A DNA stretch of 59,207 bases from Octopus bimaculoides (taxonomy: Eukaryota), in contig NC_068996.1 in the NCBI RefSeq assembly GCF_001194135.2, forward strand, positions 25,415,328 to 25,474,534. Direction: 5' to 3'. Below, piece by piece: positions 38,401-50,044 of this stretch; within the stretch, counting starts at the first letter, position 1; each line of letters begins with the position of its first letter. Below the pieces are notes generated by a model. The model searched no databases and was not told the origin of the DNA. It saw nothing but the letters and a program-made list of their open reading frames with translations. A program made the translations under genes and the position numbers.

Positions 38401-38950
38401 TTTCTCACAGTATCCTGATCCTATCCACTCTTTTTCCAGCTTTACACTTTTATCAAGTGTATTCTCTCTCTAGTTTAGGTTTAAGTGTTAACCCTACTCT
38501 TTCTCCTAGCAGACACTTTTAAAGTGTACATGCCCTATCCTCTTTAATCCTAGTAGACACACACAAATTCTTATGAAGTGTACTGGCACTATACTCCTCT
38601 CTTCTTGTAAGTTTAGACCCTTGTAAAGTGTACATGTCCTATTCTCTCTCTCTTTCTGTGTTACACATTTTGGTGTAGAGACTTAATTTTCCCTCTCATA
38701 GCACATACTTATATGAAAAGTTCTGGCCTTATTCTCTCTCCCAACCCACACAAAGTATTCTGGTATCATCTTCCTCTTAACTCACTTATGATTAATACTG
38801 GTCCTGTTACCTCCTCTCTCCATCTCTCATGAGCAATGCCACCTCTCTGCTCCTAAGTATACTTGTTCTTTTTCCCCTCTCTCAAACTAAGTGCAATGTA
38901 GTTTTCTCAGGCATGTTGCCTTTATGAAACACTACTACTCTTGATCTCTA
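35480..38950. repeat. Degenerate ~40-47-bp pyrimidine-rich minisatellite in a 9-kb intron
   Basis: Core unit ctcttatgaggtgtcctggccctattctctctctc recurs dozens of times; best conserved ~36560-38230, decaying outward. Confidence 0.9.
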
Positions 38951-40416
38951 TCTATGTGTTGTGTATTGTCTATTTCTTTTCTCAAGTACCCCTACTGGCT
39001 TGTTTTTATTAGAAACACCAACCCATATTTTCATTTCAATTGTTATTACCCCCTGAGAATACTGTCTTTCTGTGTTCACCTTTTTTAAAATCCCCACTTA
39101 TCTTTGAAAAAGCATAAAACCCTAAACTCTATTTTTTCCTCAAAAGCCCCCATTCCACTTCTATTTCAAGATTCCATGGATCCTCAACTTTTCTCTCTCA
39201 AAACTTTTTGCTCTTATTTTGAAAATACCAGCTTTTCTGGCATTTTAAAAAAGAGTACCAACTGTATTTTCTTAATATTTGCTCAAATAAAGAGCAGTGT
39301 TTTTTGTGATTCAGGCATATTCTTTATGTTCTATCCCTCAATAGCTCCATCAGTGGAGTAACTCAACTGCTACAACCCTGCCTTCTATCACCTACTACTA
39401 TAACAAAGAATCCAAACCCAACCATTTATCCTAAGGTGTTATCCATCTCGGTTGTTTTCCTCTGCCATTCCTTGTCCTGCTTTTTCCTGAAACCTAATTT
39501 TGTTGTTATCTGCTTAAAGTTACCATTTAAAATCACTCACAACTTTTGCAGTCAATCCTTTTTGTATTTGTTATTTTCATTATACTAACCAAACCTCAAT
39601 CTGTTCAATTGATTTTAGCACCTCTTGTGATTTTAATTCATCACTGCAGCCAACTTTCAATATTTGCTTCATTATTACAGTCTCATCGTTTTCTTCCCTT
39701 TCTCGGATAAAATCTGAAGTGACTGTTTCAAGTCAACTCCCTGTTAACTTCAGTTCTCTCTACTGACATTAGTCTACCCTTCATAATTCTGTTGATTAAA
39801 AAGATATTTTAGAATACTTGACTGTGATGCTATCTTTCTCATATACAATCATAATGTATATCATTGGTCTCAAGCATATGAAATCATAATTTTTTTTTAA
39901 TGCTTTTATGTTTTGTTTATGTTTAAAATTATGGGGAAGATTAATATTTTAAGTGATCATTATTTTTGTCATTGTCCAACTCTGAAGAGTACTTTTCTCC
40001 AATAAAAAAAACTTTTCACATACATTTGAAATCATAAAGCAACTATAAGTTTTAAAATATTTTCTATCACTGCTGCCACTGTAAGTGACTTGGTATTTAA
40101 AAATATTAACTATTGTAAATTATTGTGTATTATGTAATTATCAAAGGTTTTTAAATATGAATCATTGTATATCAAATTGAATAAAGTGTGATAAACTGAA
40201 TAAAGTTTCTTTTTCTTTTCTTTTTGTATTACAAATCAGAACTAAAAATGTATGAAATCATCATCACCATCAATGTCAGGTCAGGTTCCATACTGACATG
40301 GGTTGGTCAAATCTAAATATAATTTACCCAATTGTGATATATATATATATACACACATACATATCATACAAGAGTAGATAAATGAAAACTTTAGTTAAAT
40401 TGAAGAATATTAAGTA

Positions 40417-40475
40417 AAGACCCTGAAGAAACTGCACCAGTGTTATAGTTGGGTTGCAGCTGAAACGTAGGTCTT
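40417..40475 (+). ncRNA. Type-I minimal hammerhead ribozyme motif
   Basis: Stem I AAGACC/GGUCUU, core CUGAAGA (40423-29), stem II CUGCA/UGCAG extended by CCAG/UUGG, GAAA (40462-65), C, then cleavage triplet GUA (40467-69). Confidence 0.75.
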
Positions 40476-41019
40476 CGTAAAGTTATATATATATATATAT
40501 ATATATATATTTTAAAAGAATTAAAGGTAATGCTATGCAACTTTGTAATAATCCTTATTGTTGTTGATATATTATCATATGACAGCTGTCCATTCCTGAC
40601 TGAGGAAGACCAGCAATGCTTCTGCATGAAGTTACTGCACCTGCTATCAGTGGGTTTGCATCCACAGATTCCATGCCTACATGCTGCAGTGCCCTCTTAT
40701 TTGACTGGTCATCGTAAAGTTGCTTCCTCAGCGATTGCATAAGTCAAAATTTTAGGTCCAATAAGGCTTGTACAGCACCTCATAGACCCTCTCCACATTG
40801 GAGTGACTTTCTCCTAGAAGCATGCTTTAACAAGCTAAGTGTCTCACTCCCAGTGATCTTCCAACTTCTGAGGGCCTGTACTATAGCTAGATTGTTGTTG
40901 AACCTCACCAGGCAAGCTTAGTTGGGGTGTCAGTTTAGTTGCTGACAACCTGAGGACAAGAGGTATTGGACTCTATGTTAGCAGTAGCGTATATGAGACC
41001 TCACAAGTGACCTGACTCG

Positions 41020-41054
<35 letters not shown>

Positions 41055-41083
41055 GTATGTATATACATACATATATGTATGTA

Positions 41084-41124
<41 letters not shown>

Positions 41125-41145
41125 ATACATACATATATGTATGTA

Positions 41146-41185
<40 letters not shown>

Positions 41186-42046
41186 CATACAAAATGCTAA
41201 TGATAATTATGTAAAATTTCATAAGTGAGAACTTGAATCTGGCACTATAATGCATCTTAATGGCACCAAGATGATACATACTACTGACAGTTATGTAAAG
41301 ATTGTTTTAGCACTGTAACATGCTAGTTTCAGAAATATCTTTCACATTATCGATCTGAAGTTTATTATTCTAAATAATTAGAAACTTGTGGAAGTGTTCC
41401 ATCTCATGCACACAGTTTTTAATAAAAATAATTTCTACTGAATACTGTAAAACCACCAAGTTTACAAGTGAATTGTACTTCAGCTTTAGCACCCGGACAA
41501 ATAGGCTATACTTTCTTCCCCCTTCACATACATTTGTTCATCGATTTCTAGTTTCACTATACTTAACATCTACTTTTGACACAACTAATGCTAAAGACAG
41601 TTGGTCTCATGAAGGAAAGTATACCAATTAAGCAGTTACAACTACTACTGCTACAATCACCACCACCATCAGCTGCTTTATATACACAAGAAGCATATTT
41701 AAAAGTGATCACTCCAAATCAATCTATCCAATACATACTTTTATACTGTAAACTGAGAGAAGAGTTAAGTAGTAACTGCACACCCAATATATACACGAAA
41801 AAAAAAAAAAAAAAGACTAAACTGAAATGCATAAGTTCAATCTTCTCACAATTTTTTAGATTAAAAGTTAATGAAAATAAGAAAATATTGCAAACGAAAT
41901 TGTTTAAAATGTAAATATGAAAATATTCATTGATGAAATAAACTGATCTGAACACGCTGTACTGAACTATTTCACACCAGTCTGTATTGTATAAGTTTTT
42001 TTCCTCTCTGTATTTATAATAGTGTAAGTATAAACAATAAACTTAC

Positions 42047-42164
42047 CATCAATGATGTCCTCATATATTTTCTGACCAATAATCACACTATGTTCTCCAG
42101 TAATATCCATAAGCGTTAGCTGTATGTCATTATCGATTCTTGACACTATGAATTCTACATTAGT
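42047..42164 (-). CDS. Ectodomain exon: TNVEFIVSRIDNDIQLTLMDITGEHSVIIGQKIYEDIID
   Basis: ttctttctatctcaattctag acceptor, G|GTAAGT donor, 118 nt, phase 0 to 1, open. Confidence 0.85.
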
Positions 42165-42334
42165 CTAGAATTGAGATAGAAAGAAATTAAATATAAAAAC
42201 AGAAAACAAATATCATTTTGTATTTCAAGTTGAAAAAGATCAGAACACTCTATTTTCTACATGTTAGGTAAGTTAAAAAAAAAAAAATTTAGCAGGAAAG
42301 CTTAGCATAACCCACTACAGTGCTTGCAAGACTT

Positions 42335-42570
42335 AGCAGTAGCCAGTAATATGACACCTGGCCCAAATGGTTTCCACAGTGTAGACACTGATAAAAGCAC
42401 CCGTGGATGGATTAAGTCTACCACCCAAGTTGGCCAAAGCAGAATTTGAAACCAGCACGAATACTGCTAATGCATTGCAATTCTTACAGAGTTCTGCTAA
42501 ACCACCATTCTGGACAGATATTTTTACTGATCCTGAGAGGATGAAAAGCAAAGATGAATTTCTGATTTGA
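42335..42570 (-). mobile_element. SINE
   Basis: ggcagaatttgaa..agcacgaatactgctaatgcatt..ctaacagttctgc and gagaggatgaaaagcaaagatga..tgatttgaactcag; same family as 23082-23210. Confidence 0.55.
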
Positions 42571-43554
42571 ACTCAGGACTGAAAGGATCAAATAACAAGG
42601 TAATGTGATGTTCCAGACTGCCAATTCTCTACTTTTGAGATTAACTTCTTTTAGCATTATTAAAGTTTATTTATTTTCATAGTCAATAATAAATATTTTT
42701 ATATATTTAACCAATCAAGTATGCTTTTTTTAAACAGCTGACGTCAAATAAATTGCAAGATTTCTCAGTATCTGCCAAGTCAAACATGATCTGCAACCTA
42801 CCTAAATTCTAAGATTAATGAATGCAAATACCAGATTTTTTCTCTCTATGTAGTTAAAAATATATTGAAATTTATTTAGATTCATCAAAGCTTATGATAT
42901 TAGATAGAAGTGTACAATATTTGTACTATCAAGAAAGACCTGCATTCAACAGATCAAATATTTCAGACTTAATAACTTTTAACTGTGGGGAATTAACTTA
43001 AGGCCAGTATTATATTATAATTAACGGTCATTAACTTGTACAGCTGGTGATAGTTTGATACTTACATAAAATCAGCTTCCTTTTATCTATGGACTAATAT
43101 ATAATATTCTAAATACCAAGCATTTGTTACCTTCAAGAGAAAAATCTTTTATTTTTTATGTTTCCTGAAGCATTTGCACTGAATTTATTTACCATATATT
43201 AGTTTAATTATATAAAATGGTGATATATATATATAAAAAAAAGGAACAATTTGCGAAAATAAGTATTGATAATAGGAATATTTAACTCTAATGGAAAAAA
43301 AATACTCGCAAAGGGGGAAATAATTTGGTTACATAAATGGAAGGATTACTTCCCTTGTATCTTAACTATTACTTCACCGATAAACAAAAAAGCCACTCGA
43401 AGGCATAGGTTTCAAAACAGATGCATCTCAAAGGTTCTTTTGGAAGCATCATCAGTAATGTTCCTGGAGTCGTTGGTGGTTTCGAGGATTTTTTCAACAT
43501 CAAACAACGACAAAAAGTATAAAGGAAGTAAGAAAAATCCCGAAACTAACTTAC

Positions 43555-43640
43555 CGCATTCTGGAGGAATTTCTTTTTAATATCATCAACTAATCGATCA
43601 TAACTGAAACCATTTTCGTATTTGCATTTTAGAATAGCCC
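43555..43640 (-). CDS. Ectodomain exon: GAILKCKYENGFSYDRLVDDIKKKFLQNA
   Basis: tttatttttattttgtag acceptor, GCG|GTAAGT donor, 86 nt, phase 1 to 0, joins 42047-42164 in frame. Confidence 0.85.
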
Positions 43641-43937
43641 CTACAAAATAAAAATAAACAAATTTTAGAAATCAGACTTCAAAGGCTGAATGAAATAACA
43701 AAGCTGGAAGGAGTTCAAGCTATACTATTCCATTCAGATGATTGTTAATTTATCTTTCTACACTTGGAAGGTTCTTCAATATGAAACTTTTCACTAACAC
43801 AAATTGGCTGTTATGAAACTAAATTCATAATGTGTGTATGTGCATGTCTGTCTGTCTATATAAATATATATAACGAAGTCAAACCAAGTAACGATATTTT
43901 GAATGCACTTAATACATATATTTCAGATAATTTTTAT

Positions 43938-44246
43938 AGGCGCAGAAGTGGCAGTGTAGTAAGTAGCTTGCTTACGAGCCACATAGTATCGGGTTCAGTC
44001 CCACTGCGTGGCACCTTGTTTTTTACAAAGCCTTGTGAATGGATTTGGTATACGGAAACTGAAAGAAGCCCGTGTGTGTGTGTGCGTTTGTCCCCAGCCC
44101 ACATCGCTTGACAACCGATGCTGGTGTGTTTAGCGGTTCGGCAAAAAGGACCGATAGAATAAGTACTAGACTTACAAAGAATAAGTCCTGGGGTCGATTT
44201 GCTTCAGCATGGCCACAGTCAAATGATTGAAACAAGTAAAAGAGTA
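43938..44246 (+). mobile_element. tRNA-derived SINE (~300 bp)
   Basis: ggcgcagaagtggcagtgtagtaag..gggttcagtcccactgcgtggcacc..gaaactgaaagaagcccg..atggccacagtcaaatgattgaaacaagtaaaagagt; near-collinear with 51008-51395. Confidence 0.85.
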
Positions 44247-44749
44247 ATTGTGCAAAAGACAATGGACTTTCATCTCTTATGTAAAATCATCAGTTAATGT
44301 ATATCAATATATATACATACTCATACTTGAACCATCTCACTGCATGGACCAACTGGTGACAACATTAAATAGTGAGCATCCTATTTTTTTTTTTTGTGTG
44401 AGGGGTATAACCTCATTAGCACCACTGCCAAGATAAAATGCTGTGTAAAGTGGTTGCGGAACCAGTAGATAACAAAACCAAGAAGATCTTTTAGCCTATC
44501 TAGTACATTCAAAATTAGAAATGAAGTCAAATATGTTAGGCAAAAACTCTTTGTTTCATTTAAAGGAGCAGTAACTCTAAATAAGAACTGAACCAGACTG
44601 TGGTGACCTGTTCAACCTATGCCACTATGGAAAGTGAATGTAAAAATGACAATTTACTCTTACTTATTTCAGCCATTGGACTGTGGCCATGCTGGGATAC
44701 TACCTTGAAGGGCTTAGTCAAACAAACTGATCTCAGCACTTAGATATTA

Positions 44750-45050
44750 TAGGTGTAGTCATGCCTATCTAGTAAAGGAGTTTGTTTCCCAACCATGTAG
44801 TCCCAAGTGCAATCTCATTGTATAGCACCTTGGGCAAGCGTCTTCAATTACAGACCTGGATCAACCAAACCCTTGTTAGTGAATTTGGTAGACGGAAAGT
44901 GAAAGAAGCCAGCTGTATACATATATGTGTTTGTAGCTTTGTGTCATGATATACATAATTGTAAAAGAGCATCACCATCATACAAGCAGTGTCATTCATT
45001 CCTAATCTTGCATAGAAACAAATGAAGCTTGGTGATAGAAAGGCACCTGA
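44750..45050 (+). mobile_element. Older related SINE
   Basis: gcaccttgggcaagcgtcttc..aacccttgttagtgaatttggtagacggaaagtgaaagaagcc shared with 43938-44246. Confidence 0.65.
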
Positions 45051-45303
45051 ATGTAGTAAAATGGTTAACATGTAGTTTGAAGGAAAATGGAAAATTGCAG
45101 TAGAAACTGGAAGTAACAATAGAATAAACTTAGGCAACAATGTTGGACTAATGATGATTTATTTCCATTCATATCTTCATGAGCTTGAATAACAAAACAA
45201 ATTTAGAGCTTATGTATCATTGTGTGCATCAATGACTGTCATGTTTTCCTGTAAATGTGATTGTTACCATCTTACATTATAAAAGAGAAGCAGATCTCCG
45301 TAC

Positions 45304-45318
45304 CTCTGTTCATCACAT
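45304..45318 (-). CDS. Candidate 15-nt micro-exon (DVMNR-G)
   Basis: ccttctttccctcttaatag|atgtgatgaacagag|gtacgg; phase 1 to 1, compatible with exon 43555-43640. Confidence 0.35.
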
Positions 45319-47676
45319 CTATTAAGAGGGAAAGAAGGTGAGGAATCAAAATATAAGTCACAACTTATATTTAGAAGAGGAGGAGAAAAAGTTGCTGAGA
45401 GAAATACAGTGAGAAGGAGAGAGAGAGAGAGAGTGTGTGTGTGTGTGTGTGTGATAGATAGATAGATGAATATGTAATATTGTCACCATAGTCACTAACA
45501 AGTTTTCATAAAAACGCAGGAATTTCAAGTGCAAGTCTGTCAACACAACGCAGCTTTAAAAAGAAAAAAAAAAGCTTTCACTATATAACAGTATAGTTTG
45601 GTTTTTCTACATGGACAACGCAACACATACCTTTAAAAAAATTTCACTATGACAGTCTGCTGTGAGAGAAATTTAGAGAGAGTGTGTGTGTGGGAGAAAG
45701 ACAAAATTTATTTCAAGAAAAAAAACGGNNNNNNNNNNNNNNNNNNNNNNNNNNNNNNNNNNNNNNNNNNNNNNNNNNNNNNNNNNNNNNNNNNNNNNNN
45801 NNNNNNNNNNNNNNNNNNNNNNNNNNNNNNNNNNNNNNNNNNNNNNNNNNNNNNNNNNNNNNNNNNNNNNNNNNNNNNNNNNNNNNNNNNNNNNNNNNNN
45901 NNNNNNNNNNNNNNNNNNNNNNNNNNNNNNNNNNNNNNNNNNNNNNNNNNNNNNNNNNNNNNNNNNNNNNNNNNNNNNNNNNNNNNNNNNNNNNNNNNNN
46001 NNNNNNNNNNNNNNNNNNNNNNNNNNNNNNNNNNNNNNNNNNNNNNNNNNNNNNNNNNNNNNNNNNNNNNNNNNNNNNNNNNNNNNNNNNNNNNNNNNNN
46101 NNNNNNNNNNNNNNNNNNNNNNNNNNNNNNNNNNNNNNNNNNNNNNNNNNNNNNNNNNNNNNNNNNNNNNNNNNNNNNNNNNNNNNNNNNNNNNNNNNNG
46201 TAGCTTTAAAAAGATTTAAGAGATTTAATTGCTAACTCTAATTGGTCAAACGACGATGGTTGGTAGAATATCTAGAGGTCAGGGCGTTGGTTAGTAATGA
46301 CCCATTAACGCTTTGAGTTCAATTCCCATTGTTCGATCGATAGAGTAAAATATCAGATAAGAACAGAGATCGGTGGACATTGGAATTAGACACTGAGGGA
46401 AAATGGCTGTAACTTTTTTATTTTTTAATTTTGGCGATTTTCGTTTTCGATGTGTTCTATATGTCACGGTCATGCGACCCCCCCCCCCCACACGATTTTC
46501 ATTTTTGACATTGTGTTCTACATGTCAAGGTCGTACGAATAGCCTTCTCGCAACTTAGATGTGAAAATGAACGGGATCGATTTAGTATTCTTACAAAGCA
46601 TCCAATATGCGAATTTGCGAATGAAATTGTAATAGAAAATATGTAAAGAGAAGTATTCTTATTCTCCGTTAAGACTAATAATTAAAGATGGCGAACTATA
46701 TACATACGGCTGTGGCTGAATCTGCATATACTCATGCAATTAACACACATCTGTTTATTTATATATAGGCGATCTTTCGATACTAATATATATATATAGG
46801 CAATCTTTCATACATACACACACAAAAAAAATGGAATACAATTTTATTTTCATATTTTACATCAATTAGTCCTTTGGGTAACTAAGTGATCGCTCGACCT
46901 TTTAGAAGTACTAGCTAAATCTCTAATTATCGTCTTTTTTTTTCTTTTTTTGAAAAAGGACATTTTGACTAATGAAGTGCACAATAAAAAGGACAAAGAA
47001 ACCCTCAAAACGTTTCAGACTCAGTACACCATCCAGTCGTCCACCAGGGTTAAATTGGGGACGCACACACATACACATGCGTGTTTTGCCTGAATAATTT
47101 TTTTCTTTNNNNNNNNNNNNNNNNNNNNNNNNNNNNNNNNNNNNNNNNNNNNNNNNNNNNNNNNNNNNNNNNNNNNNNNNNNNNNNNNNNNNNNNNNNNN
47201 NNNNNNNNNNNNNNNNNNNNNNNNNNNNNNNNNNNNNNNNNNNNNNNNNNNNNNNNNNNNNNNNNNNNNNNNNNNNNNNNNNNNNNNNNNNNNNNNNNNN
47301 NNNNNNNNNNNNNNNNNNNNNNNNNNNNNNNNNNNNNNNNNNNNNNNNNNNNNNNNNNNNNNNNNNNNNNNNNNNNNNNNNNNNNNNNNNNNNNNNNNNN
47401 NNNNNNNNNNNNNNNNNNNNNNNNNNNNNNNNNNNNNNNNNNNNNNNNNNNNNNNNNNNNNNNNNNNNNNNNNNNNNNNNNNNNNNNNNNNNNNNNNNNN
47501 NNNNNNNNNNNNNNNNNNNNNNNNNNNNNNNNNNNNNNNNNNNNNNNNNNNNNNNNNNNNNNNNNNNNNNNNNNNNNNNNNNNNNNNNNNNNNNNNNNNN
47601 NAAAACTGTTTTAAAAGTGTAAATCGAACCCGATCTATAGTAATTGCTGAAACTGTCAGACAGAGTGAGACATTAC

Positions 47677-47694
47677 CTACGGCTGCGGCTGTAT
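47677..47694 (-). CDS. Candidate 18-nt micro-exon (DTAAAV-G)
   Basis: ttttttgtgtgagcag|atacagccgcagccgtag|gtaatg; phase 1 to 1. Paralogous segment at 46704-46721. Confidence 0.3.
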   Translation of the reverse strand: MQPQP

Positions 47695-47745
47695 CTGCTC
47701 ACACAAAAAATTCAAACTTACTATATATATATGCCGATCTTTCGA

Positions 47746-47788
<43 letters not shown>

Positions 47789-47846
47789 TGTGTGGTACCA
47801 ATTAAAAAAGAAAATATAAACCTGCCATAACCGATATATAAATTAC

Positions 47847-48150
47847 CTGACAAAAATGATAGTTGCACAGTAAATCCATTAAAATGTGAATCCTGATTTA
47901 GATCCAATATTTATAAATATCAGGTAATGGTAGAGTCCGGCAAATTACAACAACTATTGGAATTGGAACAGGTAGTGTACACGTTGAAGAAAAAATGAGC
48001 GAGGAGCAGCATTGTGATAAGAGAAAAAATTTTTAAGCGCTCCAGACGTTGGGTAAATCAAGCAGCCATATTTAAAATCGTCTTCCTCCAAAATACTGGA
48101 AATATGTGATAGGAGGAGTTGGTGACGTCATGAAAATGACAGGAAGCGGA
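47847..48150 (-). promoter_or_regulatory. Candidate promoter and first exon of the membrane-protein gene
   Basis: CRE palindrome TGACGTCA 48123-48130, ETS-like CAGGAAGCGG 48140-48149, YY1-like AAATATGGCTGC (minus, 48062-48073), donor CAG|GTAATT at 47841-47846. Confidence 0.45.
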
Positions 48151-48533
48151 GGAGAAGGAGGAGAGAAGTTCTGGGGTCAATGTATCATCAGGCAGTGTCA
48201 ATATGTGAATGTTACACACATGTTACTTTACATGTGTATGTACATTTACTCTTTTGTTAATACTTCACTACTTTTTTAAATGTCTTTTGCTTAGGTGTGA
48301 TTCTCTTGAAAGTAAAGGCTATTTCTGAACAATGAAAGGTTTTGCATATCTAATCTTTAATTTGTTTCAGTCATTTGAAGAATTTTCAGTTGAATGAATT
48401 GACACCAGTACTTTATTTTTTTTAAAGCCTGGTACTTATTCTATCGGTTACAGTTGCCGAACCGCTATTTACGGGGTCGTAAACACAACAACACCGGTTT
48501 TCAAGCGGTGGTGAGAGACTCTCTCACACACAC

Positions 48534-48904
48534 TGGCAATCCTTCGATATAACTCTACAAAACCAAAACAAACACTCGGCTGTTCCCGTGACAACTCGAT
48601 AATTCACTTGGGATATCTTCGTGACCTCCGTGACAGCTGTTGCAACCTCTGTGTGTGTGTGTGCTTGTTCTTGTCTCTGTGTGTGCCTGTTCTGTTTTTA
48701 TGTATTTATGTGTTGTGGAGTACAGATATAACGAAATTATGCCAGCAAAAAGCCTTGCATATTTGTTCTTACCTGCTTCGTGTGTGTCAGGTCACAGCAG
48801 CTGTCACGGAGGTCACGAAGATATCCAAAGTGAATTGTCGAGTTGTCACGGAAACAGCCGAGTGTTTGTTTTGGGTTTTGTAGAGTTATATCGAAGGATT
48901 GCCA
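48534..48904. mobile_element. MITE with ~110-bp terminal inverted repeats
   Basis: tggcaatccttcgatataactctacaaaacc...cttcgtgacctccgtgacagctg is mirrored at ~48797-48904. Confidence 0.85.
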
Positions 48905-50044
48905 TTCATTATTTTTTACTTGAATTTTATTTGACTGCCAAAACTCTGCAACCTCGTATATNNNNNNNNNNNNNNNNNNNNNNNNNNNNNNNNNNNNNNN
49001 NNNNNNNNNNNNNNNNNNNNNNNNNNNNNNNNNNNNNNNNNNNNNNNNNNNNNNNNNNNNNNNNNNNNNNNNNNNNNNNNNNNNNNNNNNNNNNNNNNNN
49101 NNNNNNNNNNNNNNNNNNNNNNNNNNNNNNNNNNNNNNNNNNNNNNNNNNNNNNNNNNNNNNNNNNNNNNNNNNNNNNNNNNNNNNNNNNNNNNNNNNNN
49201 NNNNNNNNNNNNNNNNNNNNNNNNNNNNNNNNNNNNNNNNNNNNNNNNNNNNNNNNNNNNNNNNNNAAATATGACCAACAGGAAAAGACATTTTTAAAAG
49301 ATTGTTATTGTCTTGACCCAAGTTTCTACAAAATACCTAAAAATCAAAAACATTCCAAACATAACTTTTTTTCCTAGATATATATTGTGAATCTTGAACT
49401 ACATTATTCCAGTGTATACTTCCTTTTGGGAAAAAAAAAAGATAAAAAATAAGGTATCATATGATGTAAACTGCTTTTTCTAGCAGGTCAAGCAACTGCA
49501 GAGGAACATCTGACGCTGTCATAGAGGAGCAGGAACAGTGTCCATGAATTTTGTAGACCTGACTGCTCCCTAGCAGATGAGATTGATGCCATTGGTTTTC
49601 AGGTTGATTATTTGTAGATCAATGCTTGCAGGAAATCTATGGGAGGTGGTTGAATTCGAGAGGGTCAGAGATGCAGTCCATGGGAAAAAAAAACAAGATT
49701 GGAAAAAAATAAAGAAAAGTATTTAGTATAGAACCTGGGAGAAGAAGAAACGGGTCAGATGAATGGATGTGGGTGGTCAGGGTCTGAAATTAAGCTAGTT
49801 CAGAGCTCATTTTAGTAATGATAGAAGAAAACAGAAATAAGAAATCATTGGCTAGACAGCTGTTGTAGTATGGTGTCTTGGGATGTGGTCTATGATACTT
49901 GTTTGTGTGTTTTGCTGCAGCACCATAGTAGGTCTTACTTGTAAATCACTGACATGTTCCTGAGATTATGTGATCTCACATTGTTTATGATGTGTCTTTA
50001 ATATGGCAGTGAATCATTTAATACCTTTACCTGTCTCATAGTGA

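Noticed and set aside
35480-38950. CRISPR array, or repetitive protein ORFs (36520-38522)
   Set aside because: No unique spacers, no cas genes and a eukaryotic context; the ORFs are low-complexity read-throughs of the minisatellite.
44844-45140. Signal-peptide-like ORF MLPKFILLLLPVSTA as first exon
   Set aside because: Starts at a non-ATG codon, has no suitable phase-1 donor and runs into a SINE.
8695-49377. Long ORF-track entries full of X
   Set aside because: Artefacts of translating through N gaps.
49870-49940. Penelope GIY-YIG fragment (KTYYG...)
   Set aside because: Too short and degenerate to support without a search.
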